This document shows, piece by piece, positions 39,530 to 49,322 of a stretch of 64,000 nucleotides of DNA. A model generated the notes under the pieces. It was not told the DNA's origin and made no database searches. It saw only the letters and a program-made list of their open reading frames with translations. Made by a program: the position numbers and the translations under genes. Source of the stretch: Candidatus Omnitrophota bacterium (lineage in GTDB: Bacteria > Omnitrophota > Gorgyraeia > Gygaellales > Profunditerraquicolaceae). The stretch lies in contig QZKH01000009.1 of assembly GCA_003598025.1 (NCBI GenBank), positions 64,896 to 128,895 of the forward strand. The letters run 5' to 3'. How positions within the stretch are numbered: the stretch's first letter is position 1; the number at the start of each line of letters is the position of its first letter.

Positions 39530-40525
39530 ATGCTTATTCAAAATCCCATAAATTTTTTATTAATTCCCGTTGCGGCGGGGATTATCTATTATTCTTTACG
39601 CAAGAATAAATCTCCCGGAATCCGGTTTTCTTCGGAGAGGTTTCTAACCATAGGCAGCCCTACTTTTAAAACCCTTTCTAGCCGTTATATATGGGTTTTA
39701 CGCCTATTGGTGTTTGTGTTCCTGGCTCTTGCCTTAGTTAGGTTTCGAGTGCCCATTGAAGAATCAAAGATTCAGACCGAAGGCATTGACATTATACTTT
39801 GCTTGGATACCTCAACCAGTATGCTGGCAGAGGATTTTACTCTGCGAGGCAGGCGGGCAAACCGTTTAGATGTAGTAAAAGATGTGGTGGAAAACTTTAT
39901 TCAGGGAAGGAAAAATGACCGCATCGGCATTGTTGCCTTCGCTGCCCGCGCCTATACCGCAAGCCCCTTAACGCTTGATTACGGCTGGCTGCTTGAGAAC
40001 CTTAAGCGCGTTAAAATCGGCATGATCGAAGACGGCACGGCTATCGGCTCGGGCTTATCAGTTGCCCTCAAGCGGCTGGAAAATACCAAAGCAAAAAGTA
40101 AAATCGTAATTCTTTTAACTGACGGTATAAACAATGCAGGAAAAATCTCGCCTTCTTTGGCAGCCGAGGCTGCTAAGGCTTTAAAGGTGAAAGTGTATAC
40201 TATCGGCGCCGGCACTAAGGGTATGGCGCCGTACCCGATGAAAGACTTCTTTGGCAATACTGTGTATCAGCCGGTAAAAATAGATATTGATGAGGATAGT
40301 CTGATAAATATCGCATCCAAGACAGAAGGCAAATATTTCCGCGCTACAGATACAAAATCATTAAAAGAAATTTATGCCGAAATTGACCATATGGAAAAAA
40401 GCCCTATTGAAGAAAAGGGATATATGGAATACCGGGAATTGTTCCCGATATTTTTAACTATTGCTATGGCGCTCTTGTTATTAGAGGTTTTATTGAGAAA
40501 CACAATTTTACGGAGAATTCCTTAA
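39530..40525 (+). CDS. batA: BatA-like vWA-domain membrane protein
   Basis: Two N-terminal TMs, vWA with MIDAS DTSTSM, C-terminal TM. Confidence 0.75.
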   Translation: MLIQNPINFLLIPVAAGIIYYSLRKNKSPGIRFSSERFLTIGSPTFKTLSSRYIWVLRLLVFVFLALALVRFRVPIEESKIQTEGIDIILCLDTSTSMLAEDFTLRGRRANRLDVVKDVVENFIQGRKNDRIGIVAFAARAYTASPLTLDYGWLLENLKRVKIGMIEDGTAIGSGLSVALKRLENTKAKSKIVILLTDGINNAGKISPSLAAEAAKALKVKVYTIGAGTKGMAPYPMKDFFGNTVYQPVKIDIDEDSLINIASKTEGKYFRATDTKSLKEIYAEIDHMEKSPIEEKGYMEYRELFPIFLTIAMALLLLEVLLRNTILRRIP

Positions 40526-40526
40526 T

Positions 40527-41531
40527 ATGAGATTTGCCAATATGCAAGCAGCTCATCTTTTTTGGTTGATTATAGCCTTGATAGGTTTCTTTTTCTGGGT
40601 AAACGCAAGGAGAAAAAAATCTCTGGAAGCCTTTGCCGATAAAAATCTGTTAGCTACGCTCCTTGCTTCTTTCGATATTCGTAAATACAGATTAAAACAG
40701 GTTTTGATTATCGTTGTTTTCTCATTAGCAGCTTTTTCTTTTATGCAGCCGCAATGGGGGTTTAAGTGGCAGGAGATAAAACGCAAAGGCTTGGATATAT
40801 TGGTAGCGGTAGATGTATCCAAGAGCATGCTTGCAGAGGACATAAAGCCAAATCGCCTGGAACGCACAAAATTGGCATTGGCAGATTTTGTCAAGCACCT
40901 TAAAGGCGACCGCATTGGCCTGATTGCTTTCTCCGGAACCGCTTTTGTGCAATGCCCCCTGACAGTGGATTATGGCGGATTTCTTTTATCTGTAGACGCG
41001 CTTGATATAAATACCATCCCTAAGGGCGGAACCTCAATTTCCAGCGCGATTCGGCAGGCGATGGAAAGTTATGAGGGCGGACTTAAGAAATATAAGGTGT
41101 TGATTATTATTACTGACGGCGAGGATCATGAGGGAGATCCGGTTAAGGCTGCTGAATTGGCTCAAAAAGAAGGCATAAAGATATTTTGCATAGGCATAGG
41201 CACAAACGAGGGCGAGTTGATACCGGTAACTGATGAAAGTGGTGATAAAGCCTTTTTAAAGGATAGAAGCGGAGCGGTGGTCAAGAGCCGCCTTGATGAA
41301 GCAACTCTGCAAAAAATAGCTCTGGCTACGGCGGGGAGTTATGTGCGCGCAAGCGCCAAAGAGTTCGGGTTAGACTTAATTTATAAAGAGAAACTTTCGG
41401 AAATGGAAAAGAGAGAACTTGAGACCAAGATGGCTAAGCAGCATGAGGAGCGTTTTCAGATTCCACTGTCCATTGCTTTCTTTCTTTTGGCAGTCGAATT
41501 TCTCTTAAGCGATAGGAAGAAGGCGTTATGA
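40527..41531 (+). CDS. batB: BatB-like vWA-domain membrane protein
   Basis: vWA MIDAS DVSKSM; same architecture as batA. Confidence 0.75.
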   Translation: MRFANMQAAHLFWLIIALIGFFFWVNARRKKSLEAFADKNLLATLLASFDIRKYRLKQVLIIVVFSLAAFSFMQPQWGFKWQEIKRKGLDILVAVDVSKSMLAEDIKPNRLERTKLALADFVKHLKGDRIGLIAFSGTAFVQCPLTVDYGGFLLSVDALDINTIPKGGTSISSAIRQAMESYEGGLKKYKVLIIITDGEDHEGDPVKAAELAQKEGIKIFCIGIGTNEGELIPVTDESGDKAFLKDRSGAVVKSRLDEATLQKIALATAGSYVRASAKEFGLDLIYKEKLSEMEKRELETKMAKQHEERFQIPLSIAFFLLAVEFLLSDRKKAL

Positions 41532-42379
41532 GTAAAAGTTGCAGGGTAGCTACATTTTTTATTAGCTTGTGTATTTTTGCGGTTGCGAACTTGCCGTGCT
41601 TTGCTGCAACTGATGCTAAGAAAAACGTCAAGGAAGCAAACAGGTTTTACAAACAAGGAAAGCTTGATGAGGCGCTACAGAAATATAATGATGCAAGCGT
41701 AGCCCTTCCTGATTCTGATATCGTAAACTTCAACATGGGGACAGCGTTATATAAAAAAGAAGATTACGAGAAGGCGCAAGATGCCTTTACTAAGGCCTTA
41801 ACCAGCGAAGATAAGAAGCTCGAAGCAGATGCCTTATATAATTTGGGGAATTGCAAATATAAATTGGGTAAGCTTAAAGAAAATACGGATTTATCAACCA
41901 CCGTAGCACTTTTGCGGGAGTCATTGGATTATTATAAAAGAGCGATAGATTTAGACCAGAAAAATACCGATGCGCGTTTTAACCATGAGTTTGTTGAAAG
42001 AGAGCTGAAGGTTTTACTGGATAAATTAAAGCAGCAACAATCTAATACCGATAAACAGAAAGAACAAGAGCAGCAACAGGAGGAACAGAAGCAAGGCACT
42101 TGCCCTACGGGTAAAGAACAGGGTAAGGAAGATAAAGAAAAAGAAGGGTCGGCTCAAGAAAAGGAGCAAAAGCAACAAGAAAAAGAAGGTCAAGAGGGGC
42201 AGTCGCAACAAGAGGAGCAAGCAGCCGCAGAAGAAACACAACAAGAAGAGCAAGGTAAGGAGTTATCAGAAGAAGGGGCACGCGCGCTTTTAGAGCGCTA
42301 TGGGCAAGAAGAAACAACGCCAAATTATGAAGATAGGCGCACCGGAGCCTATGATAGGGAAGTATCGAAGGATTGGTAG
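41528..42379 (+). CDS. BatC-like TPR protein with E/Q/K-rich low-complexity tail
   Basis: TPR repeats (NLGNCKYKLGKL...), long QEQEQQQEEQK tract. Confidence 0.6.
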   Translation: MSKSCRVATFFISLCIFAVANLPCFAATDAKKNVKEANRFYKQGKLDEALQKYNDASVALPDSDIVNFNMGTALYKKEDYEKAQDAFTKALTSEDKKLEADALYNLGNCKYKLGKLKENTDLSTTVALLRESLDYYKRAIDLDQKNTDARFNHEFVERELKVLLDKLKQQQSNTDKQKEQEQQQEEQKQGTCPTGKEQGKEDKEKEGSAQEKEQKQQEKEGQEGQSQQEEQAAAEETQQEEQGKELSEEGARALLERYGQEETTPNYEDRRTGAYDREVSKDW

Positions 42380-42388
42380 ATTAGGATT

Positions 42389-44236
42389 ATGAAGAGGGCA
42401 TTATCTTTTACCTTATTTTTTGCGTTATTTTTAACTTCAGTCGCTCATGCTAGTGATATCCAGCTTGAAGCAACGGTTGACCGCAATAAAATAGCGCTTG
42501 GCGAAGCGCTCCAGCTTAATCTGACTTTTCAGGGAACGCAGAATGTTTCTGCGCCAAGTATAGATAAAATAGAAGGCTTTGATGCGCGCTATCTTGGGCC
42601 TTCTACCATGGTTTCGATTATTAACGGGGCGGTCACAAGTTCCATAACCCACGTTTACACCTTAATTCCTTTAAAGACAGGTACCTTTACCATAGGGCCG
42701 TTTTCCGTGCAAGCTCAAGGGAAAACTCTGACTTCTAAGCCGATAACCGTAGAAGTAGTTTCAGCTCCTACTGGAGGCCAACAATCTGCTCCCGGTCAAG
42801 CCTTACAAGAACCAGCTCCTACAAAAATAGACGCGGAAGAATTAAAGGATAGAATTTTTTTAATCTTGAGCATAGGAAAAAGAAAAGCATATTTAAGTGA
42901 GTTTGTACCGCTAACCGTAAAACTTTATGTAAACCGCTTAGGCGTGCGGGATATTCAGTTCCCCGAAATAGAAACAAACGATTTTTCCATTGAAAAATTT
43001 GGTCAGCCAAAACAGTACCGCGAAGAATTTGGCGGTGTCTTGTATGATGTTATTGAGTTCACGACGAATATGTTTGGAATAAAGCCGGGAGATTTTACTT
43101 TAGGACCGGTAAAATTAAAGTGTAATTTGGTGGTGCGCAGACAAGCTCAAGCGCACCGGCGAACTCCCTTTGATGATGATTTCTTCAACGGGATGTTCAA
43201 TGACGACATTTTTAATGATTTCTTCGGTAGATATGAAGCGTATCCCTTAGAGTTAAAATCCACAGAGATTCCGATTACAGTGTTATCTTTACCGCAAGAA
43301 GGAAAGCCTGAGGGTTTTGATGGAGCATTGGGTAATTTTCAATTAAATGTTGAAGCAATGCCTCTTGAAGTAAAAGCAGGAGATCCTATTGCCTTGAAAA
43401 TGACAATAAAGGGAGAGGGGAATTTTGATAGCGTTAAGGCCCCGCGGTTACAATCCAAAGATGGTTTTAAGGTTTATGACCCACAGGTTAAACAGAATGA
43501 AAACGAGAAAATTTTTGAACAGGTAATTATTCCGGATTCGGAAAACATAACCCATATCCCGCAGATAAATTTCAGTTTCTTTAATACAAAAACAGGACAA
43601 TATGAAGTCTTAACGCATGAACCTATTCCGATAACGGTATTGAAAGCCGATGAGGCTCAAACAAAATTGATAGAATTACCCCAAGCTCAGGTTAAGATCG
43701 CGCAAAAAGAAGAGCTGGGAAGGGATATAATTTACCTTAAAAGCTCGCCTGGCCAATTCAGGAAAATCGGCCGTTATCTTTATCAAAATTTAGGCTTTTG
43801 GCTATTTCAGATATTAAGTCTTATTATATTCTTGGGTATCCTTATTTTTAATCTTAGACAGCAAAGATTAATTACCGATCAACGTTATGCGCGCAGGTTG
43901 CAAGCTCCGGCAAATGCAAAAAAAGGCATAAAAGAAATTGACAGGTTATTGCGGGAAGGTAAAACAGAAGCATTTTTTGACACGCTGTTTAAAACGGTCC
44001 GAGAATACCTGGCTGATAGATTTCATTTGCCCGCAGGCGGCATAACCGCGATTACCATTGAAGAACTAGCCAAAGAAAAAGGTATTGCCCAAGAGACCTT
44101 AGATAAAATAAAGAAAATTTTTGCTGATTGTGATATGGCTAGATACGCGCCCAGCCAATTTGGTCAGAAACAATTAGAAGACATCTTCCAAGACTTGAAA
44201 GAGATTATTGATTATCTGGAGAAGCAAAAGGCATGA
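42389..44236 (+). CDS. BatD-like protein
   Basis: Signal peptide, repeated beta-rich domains, C-terminal TM and cytoplasmic tail. Confidence 0.6.
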   Translation: MKRALSFTLFFALFLTSVAHASDIQLEATVDRNKIALGEALQLNLTFQGTQNVSAPSIDKIEGFDARYLGPSTMVSIINGAVTSSITHVYTLIPLKTGTFTIGPFSVQAQGKTLTSKPITVEVVSAPTGGQQSAPGQALQEPAPTKIDAEELKDRIFLILSIGKRKAYLSEFVPLTVKLYVNRLGVRDIQFPEIETNDFSIEKFGQPKQYREEFGGVLYDVIEFTTNMFGIKPGDFTLGPVKLKCNLVVRRQAQAHRRTPFDDDFFNGMFNDDIFNDFFGRYEAYPLELKSTEIPITVLSLPQEGKPEGFDGALGNFQLNVEAMPLEVKAGDPIALKMTIKGEGNFDSVKAPRLQSKDGFKVYDPQVKQNENEKIFEQVIIPDSENITHIPQINFSFFNTKTGQYEVLTHEPIPITVLKADEAQTKLIELPQAQVKIAQKEELGRDIIYLKSSPGQFRKIGRYLYQNLGFWLFQILSLIIFLGILIFNLRQQRLITDQRYARRLQAPANAKKGIKEIDRLLREGKTEAFFDTLFKTVREYLADRFHLPAGGITAITIEELAKEKGIAQETLDKIKKIFADCDMARYAPSQFGQKQLEDIFQDLKEIIDYLEKQKA

Positions 44237-45003
44237 GAGCCAAAAATATCCGAAATATCTTTATTTTAGCTGCGCTATTCTTACTTCTTTTCTTAGAAGC
44301 AGGATTTGTTTTTGATGATCAGGAAACAGGGGCTTTTAACCGGGCCAATGTTTATTATGAGCAGGGAAATTTTGACGAGGCAATCAAACAATATAAAAGC
44401 ATTGTTGAAGAGGGTCTGGAAAGCGGCAATCTCTATTATAATCTCGGCAATTGTTATTTTAAGAAAGGCAAGCTCGGAGAGGCTATTTTTTACTATGAGA
44501 AGGCTCGCAGACTGATTCCACGGGACAGGGATTTGGAATCTAATTATGAATACGCTTGCTCGTTGATTAAAGGCGGCACTTTCAGTAGCCAGGAAAGCTT
44601 TCCCGCAAGGTTATGGAATAAGCTATTTGAAAAGCTTGCGATTGACGGATTGACTCTCGCACTCAGCATATTTTTTATTTCAATTCTAATTAGCATCTTG
44701 GCGAGTCTTTTCTTTGCGCCGCTTAAAAAACAGGCTTTAATTCTTACTGCCTTTTTGGGATTGTGCTTTGTTGTTGGTCTCGTCGGTCTGAAAGGAAAAA
44801 TTTCTCGCTTAAACAAAGAGGCAATCGTGGTAGTGGAGCAGGCGGATGCCAAATTTGAGCCGATGGAAAAAGCAACAACCTATTTTACTCTCTACGAGGG
44901 TATGAAAGTCGAAGTGGTAGAATCCAGAGATAATTGGCATAAAGTCAAACGCCAGGATAAGAAGAGCGGCTGGGTGCAGTATAGCGCAATCCTTCCCTTT
45001 TAG
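44233..45003 (+). CDS. BatE-like TPR + SH3b protein
   Basis: TPR (YYNLGNCYFKKGKLGEAIFYYEKA), TMs, C-terminal SH3-like WHKVKRQDKKSGWVQYSAI. Confidence 0.55.
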   Translation: MRAKNIRNIFILAALFLLLFLEAGFVFDDQETGAFNRANVYYEQGNFDEAIKQYKSIVEEGLESGNLYYNLGNCYFKKGKLGEAIFYYEKARRLIPRDRDLESNYEYACSLIKGGTFSSQESFPARLWNKLFEKLAIDGLTLALSIFFISILISILASLFFAPLKKQALILTAFLGLCFVVGLVGLKGKISRLNKEAIVVVEQADAKFEPMEKATTYFTLYEGMKVEVVESRDNWHKVKRQDKKSGWVQYSAILPF

Positions 45004-45036
45004 CAGTAAAACAAGCATCAAACAAAATTTTAAGCC

Positions 45037-45093
45037 TTGACATTTGCACTAAATGTTCATAAAATGTGAACTAATCGTTCACGCATCGTGAAC
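45037..45093 (+). promoter_or_regulatory. promoter (TTGACA) with palindrome GTTCAC-gcatc-GTGAAC (candidate operator of the second MNT/HEPN pair)
   Basis: Read directly. Confidence 0.4.
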
Positions 45094-45111
45094 ACTTATC
45101 CGGAGGCGATA

Positions 45112-45651
45112 ATGGAAAGCATTTTTTCTACAAAGGAACGATTAAAAATCCTAAAAGCAGTTATTTTTAATAAAGCGCCTATCAGCGTTAATGTCATTGC
45201 CGCTCAGCTTAAACTAAGCAAGGGGCTGGTCTCTAAGTACTTTGAAGTTCTGCTAAAAGAAGGCATTGCTAAGAAGTCAAATGGTAAATACCTTATAGTT
45301 GACTCTTCCTTTACAAAGGCAGCCAAGATTTTATTAAATATAATCGGCATTGATGCGGAAATTTTCAAGAAGTTTGACTTTGTGGAGGCTGTTGGCCTTT
45401 ATGGTAGTTGCGCTAAAGGGGAGAACACAGATGATTCTGATGTGGATCTCTGGATAAAGATTAAAAGCGTAAGTGATGAGAAAGCCGCCTCTTTAACTAC
45501 TATAATGAGCAAGAAAATCAAGAATGTTAAGCCGTTATTCTTAACTACCGAGAAGATTGAGAAGATGAAAAAGGATGACATGCTTTTCTATCATTCCTTG
45601 TCATTCGGCTCAATCGTTCTCTACGGAGAAAATAATGCCATTCAATTATAA
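45112..45651 (+). CDS. wHTH + minimal nucleotidyltransferase (MNT) antitoxin-like protein (paralog of 22459)
   Basis: LYGSCAKGENTDDSDVDLWI; SD GGAGG before ATG 45112. Confidence 0.7.
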   Translation: MESIFSTKERLKILKAVIFNKAPISVNVIAAQLKLSKGLVSKYFEVLLKEGIAKKSNGKYLIVDSSFTKAAKILLNIIGIDAEIFKKFDFVEAVGLYGSCAKGENTDDSDVDLWIKIKSVSDEKAASLTTIMSKKIKNVKPLFLTTEKIEKMKKDDMLFYHSLSFGSIVLYGENNAIQL

Positions 45652-46081
45652 CGATTGCATGAGGGAAGGGTTACTGAGGAAAATCCCGCCATCAAAAGAT
45701 AAGGCTGTCCAGTCATTAAAGAAAGCGCAACAGTGGTTAAAAGAAGCGGAGAATTCTCTGGAAGGGAATGCATTCAACTCATCAATTTTGGCTTCTTATA
45801 TGGTAATGTTTCATGCGGCTAGGACTATCCTGTTTTTTGATGGCTTCCGGGAAAAGAGCCATGCCTGCGTAGCAAGATATCTTGAAGAGAAATATGTTAA
45901 AACTGGCAAGCTGGATAAGAAGTGGGTTGAACTATTGGATCACAGCCGGGAAATTAGGCACGATGACCAGTATGACCTTAGTTTTTTCTCAACCAAAGAA
46001 GAAGCGGAGAATGCCTTGAAGTCCGCTAATGACTTCTGGGGTGCTATAGACGGTTTATTTAAGGCGATCTCTTCTAAGTAG
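45635..46081 (+). CDS. HEPN-domain toxin-like protein (paralog of 23010)
   Basis: YNDCMREGL..., FREKSHAC, SREIRHDDQY; 17-nt overlap with the MNT gene. Confidence 0.65.
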   Translation: MPFNYNDCMREGLLRKIPPSKDKAVQSLKKAQQWLKEAENSLEGNAFNSSILASYMVMFHAARTILFFDGFREKSHACVARYLEEKYVKTGKLDKKWVELLDHSREIRHDDQYDLSFFSTKEEAENALKSANDFWGAIDGLFKAISSK

Positions 46082-46109
46082 GGTGAAACAGCATTAAAGG
46101 GGCATGAAA

Positions 46110-46535
46110 CTAAGCCTTTGGAAATAGGCTTTCAAGCGCGTTTCGCCGTTCTTTTTCGGTTTTGAGGCGGGATATCCTTAAAAGCCGTTTGCCGTTGAAT
46201 ATCTTTAGCTTGTCTTGATCCTGGCAGGATTTTATGGTTTCAATGAAGTCCTGGGGTAGGGTGTTAACTATCTTTAAGAGGTGGGCTACCTTGGAGTCTG
46301 AAATTTGCAACTCTTGGCTGGCTCTTGCCCAGGTCATCCTGGTAGGGCTGTTTTCAATAAAGGATTGCAGTTTGAGGCCCTCATAGATGATATTTTGGTA
46401 GATTCTCTTGGGCCGTGCCGGAGGCGCTTCAAACGGCTTGATTAAAGACAATAAAGTGCCCTTTTTGCGGCTTTTATAGAACCTAAGAAGCAGGATAGCC
46501 TCTGTGGTTCGAAAACCGTCTATTGTGGGCAGTAC
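46110..46535 (-). pseudogene. C-terminal fragment (HTH extension, ~140 codons) of a large serine recombinase, beginning exactly at the GGGCAG core
   Basis: VLP-TIDGFRTTEA...LLSLIKP...PRIYQNIIYEGLKL...ISDSKVAHLLKIVNTLPQDFIE... aligns with Rec2 WLP-NVVFRRTAEP...LLSLVDP...PRIYPNTIVEALKI...ISESKLAHLLKIVNKLPPEFVE. No homology upstream of VLP (an in-frame TAA lies 13 codons before). Confidence 0.65.
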
Positions 46536-46706
46536 TTCGACTCGGCCTTCGGCCTCGCTCAGTACGAGTAGTTTATTAGAAAAGTCCGTATTGGGTTGCT
46601 TTTATTTATTACTTGGACGAGAACCAAAGTGGTGCGGGGTGAGACCGTCCCCGCGCTTTCGCGGTGACAGGGAGCTAAGGTAACGACGAATCGAAGGAAA
46701 ACATTC

Positions 46707-46734
46707 TTGATAATAGTTTTTTCAGGGGTATAAT
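46707..46734 (+). promoter_or_regulatory. promoter TTGATA-16-TATAAT for tRNA-Leu
   Basis: Read directly. Confidence 0.4.
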
Positions 46735-46753
46735 AGATAAAAATTTACGGATT

Positions 46754-46837
46754 GCGCGGGTGGTGGAATGGCAGACACGCTACTTTGAGGGGGTAGTGGG
46801 GCAACCCGTGAGAGTTCAACTCTCTCCCCGCGCACCA
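46754..46837 (+). tRNA. tRNA-Leu (anticodon GAG), type II with long variable arm
   Basis: Acceptor GCGCGGG/CCCGCGC, anticodon stem CTACT/GGTAG, loop TTGAGGG, variable arm TGGGGCAACCCGTG, T-arm GAGAG-TTCAACT-CTCTC, encoded CCA. Confidence 0.85.
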
Positions 46838-46844
46838 AATAAAA

Positions 46845-46871
46845 TACCCGCATAAGCATGCGGGTATTTTT
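46845..46871. terminator. bidirectional rho-independent terminator
   Basis: TACCCGCAT-aagc-ATGCGGGTA followed by TTTTT; sits between tRNA-Leu (+) and a convergent minus-strand operon. Confidence 0.6.
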
Positions 46872-46891
46872 ATAATGTAATAAGTATTATT

Positions 46892-47818
46892 TTATCTGCG
46901 CTTATCTTTTATAAAATTTGATTTTTCCATCCTTTTAGCAGCTTCTTTTAATTCTGCCCCTATTTCTCCGATTTGAGCAACATGCTCTATTTTCCTGAAT
47001 TCATTTGTGACAACCCCGATAGACACTGACAGGATGGGTACCTTTTGTTCGCGGCCCTGGCGGTCTTTACCAATAATATAACCAAGTTTTCTATCATGTT
47101 CATTATAGAAAGAGGGGGCTATTTTATCAAAATCAGATATTATCTTTTCGCAAATTCCATCCGCAGATTCAAGAGATGTGACTACTACAAAATCATCGCC
47201 TCCGATATGGCCTACAAAATCTCCTTGAGAGCCTAGCTCCTGCGTTGACCTGATAAGGATACGGGCAGTTTCACGGATAACCTGGTCGCCATGTTCAAAA
47301 CCGTATTTATCATTGTAAGATTTGAATTTATCCAGGTCAATATAACAGACGGCAAATTTTTCCTGGCTTTCGATCCTCCTTGATAGCTCATTCAATATCG
47401 ATACGTTACCAGGCAGGCGGGTAAGGGGATTGGCCTCTAAGTCAATTTCGGTACGCCGCAATATCATTTTTATGCGCGCTATTAATTCTTTGGGCTCAAA
47501 GGGTTTTACAATATAATCATCAGCCCCTGCGTCGATTCCGCCTACCTTATCATTGAGATCGCCTTTGCCTGTTACCATTATTACAGGCATATGCCTCAGC
47601 AACAGGTCTTTTTTAATCAACGCACAAACCTGCCTGCCGTCTACCTTAGGCATTTTATAATCAAGCAATACCAAGTCAAATGCCCGGCTGTTAATTAATG
47701 CCAGCGCCTCTTCCCCGTCTTTTGCCTCGTGGACTTCGTAGTTTTCTTCCGCCAGGGTAATTTTAAGTATATCTCTTATGTCCGGATCGTCGTCTACAAC
47801 CAGTATGCGTATTTTCAT
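46892..47818 (-). CDS. response regulator with GGDEF-family domain (active-site variant GGDDF)
   Basis: REC (ILVVDDDPDIRD...) plus a GGDEF-like domain (RLPGN...HIGGDDFVVV). Confidence 0.7.
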   Translation of the reverse strand: MKIRILVVDDDPDIRDILKITLAEENYEVHEAKDGEEALALINSRAFDLVLLDYKMPKVDGRQVCALIKKDLLLRHMPVIMVTGKGDLNDKVGGIDAGADDYIVKPFEPKELIARIKMILRRTEIDLEANPLTRLPGNVSILNELSRRIESQEKFAVCYIDLDKFKSYNDKYGFEHGDQVIRETARILIRSTQELGSQGDFVGHIGGDDFVVVTSLESADGICEKIISDFDKIAPSFYNEHDRKLGYIIGKDRQGREQKVPILSVSIGVVTNEFRKIEHVAQIGEIGAELKEAAKRMEKSNFIKDKRR

Positions 47819-47826
47819 ATTTAATT

Positions 47827-49320
47827 TTAACTTTTTTTACGTTGTAAAGTAAAACTGAATATTGAACCGTTGCCTAATTCGCTTTTAACCCAGATTTTAC
47901 CTCCGTGGGCTTCCACTATGCTCTTAACAAGTGCCAATCCTAATCCGGTACCTTTTACCTCTTGGTTAATGGCGTTATCTACCCGGTAAAATTCTTCAAA
48001 AATCGCCTCTTGCGCTTCTTTGGGTATACCATAGCCGGTATCAATAACGTTGATTTGTATGGTATTTGGGTCAAGTTCTTTAGTCTCTATAGATATTTTT
48101 CCTCCGGCAGGAGTAAACTTTATGGCATTGCCCACAAGATTTATCAAAACGCGCTCAATCTGTGTTTTATCGGCGAGGATCTGTATAGGATTTTGTGTGA
48201 TCTTATAACTTAAATCCAGCTGTTTATCTTTTGTCTGTACTGATAATAAATCAGTTATTTTGTTGATTATGGCGTTTAAGTCGCACGACTCTAGCTTCAT
48301 GGTTACCCGTCCTGCCTCCATTCTTGATATGTCCAGCAGGTCGTTTACCATATGCACCAATTCATCGCTATGAAGATTAATTTTGGTTAATCTTTCACGT
48401 ATCTCTTCAGGTATTTCTCCTAGTTTTCCGGCAAGCAATATCGAGGCATATCCTTTAATAGATGTCAGCGGCGTTCTGAGCTCGTGAGATACGCTTGAAA
48501 CAAAATCTGTCTTTCGCTTGCTTATTAATTTAACTTCGTTAAGGGCTTTTGTAAGATCGCGCGTTCTTTCTTCAACCTTTTTTTCCAAGTCCTGCTGAGC
48601 GAGCCACGTTTTTGTAAAAAGCCTGGCATTCTCAAGTGCCTGGCCTATTTCGTTAGCCAGTATAGTTATTAATTCTTCATCGCCTTCTGTAATTTTTGTG
48701 TCTGTTCTTTGCGTGCCGACAACCAGAAAACCTCTGTTCCCTTCATTGGGCAAGATAGGCGCAATAACGAATGATGTTGAATCAAATGTTTCCTTAAGGA
48801 CGTTAATTAAGCCTGTTTCTTTTGACAGGGAAGATATGGGCCGTTCTTGTTTTATGAAATTCAGATAAAATTCTTTATTCTGTTTTAATTTAGGCTGAAA
48901 AGAACTGGCTGTGTCTTCGCTGTAGCCTATACTTAGATAACAAGAGAATTCATTATTGTTATCCAGAAGAAAACCGCAGGCTTTTTCGAATCCTAAATTT
49001 TCAAGATAACTTATATCGATCATCTTAAAGATCTGTTTTTCCTCCAGAGTTGTGCTTAGCGATTTTGATAATTTCTGCAAAGCGTATAGCCCTGTTATTT
49101 TCTTATCTAATTCTTCATGCGCCTTATTGAGCTCAAGGTCTGTGCGGACGATAAGCTTGGCTTGTTCGTCCATCTCGTTAAGGGAGCGTTTTAGTTCATT
49201 AATTATTGCTTGCTGTTTTTTAATTTGCTCCATTTTCGCGCTTAGATAAATTACAAGCGCAAAAATTGTCAATATTGAAGCTATGCCCAGAATATTGATT
49301 AAGCTTTCATATGAGAGCAT
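47827..49320 (-). CDS. sensor histidine kinase (TM, coiled coil, GAF-like, HisKA, HATPase_c)
   Basis: H-box SHELRTPL; DTGYGIP; GLGLALV. Confidence 0.75.
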   Translation of the reverse strand: MLSYESLINILGIASILTIFALVIYLSAKMEQIKKQQAIINELKRSLNEMDEQAKLIVRTDLELNKAHEELDKKITGLYALQKLSKSLSTTLEEKQIFKMIDISYLENLGFEKACGFLLDNNNEFSCYLSIGYSEDTASSFQPKLKQNKEFYLNFIKQERPISSLSKETGLINVLKETFDSTSFVIAPILPNEGNRGFLVVGTQRTDTKITEGDEELITILANEIGQALENARLFTKTWLAQQDLEKKVEERTRDLTKALNEVKLISKRKTDFVSSVSHELRTPLTSIKGYASILLAGKLGEIPEEIRERLTKINLHSDELVHMVNDLLDISRMEAGRVTMKLESCDLNAIINKITDLLSVQTKDKQLDLSYKITQNPIQILADKTQIERVLINLVGNAIKFTPAGGKISIETKELDPNTIQINVIDTGYGIPKEAQEAIFEEFYRVDNAINQEVKGTGLGLALVKSIVEAHGGKIWVKSELGNGSIFSFTLQRKKS

Positions 49321-49322
49321 AT

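Noticed and set aside
42040-42300. Repetitive CAG/GAA-rich tract as possible tandem repeat or CRISPR-like array
   Set aside because: In-frame E/Q/K-rich low-complexity coding region of the BatC-like TPR protein, with no spacer/repeat periodicity.
46600-46700. Possible additional tRNA or tmRNA fragment
   Set aside because: No cloverleaf can be drawn: the 9-nt loop lacks the TTCRANT T-loop. Kept only as a low-interest observation.
46892-47818. Calling the regulator an active diguanylate cyclase
   Set aside because: The motif reads GGDDF, not GG(D/E)EF, so activity cannot be assumed from sequence.
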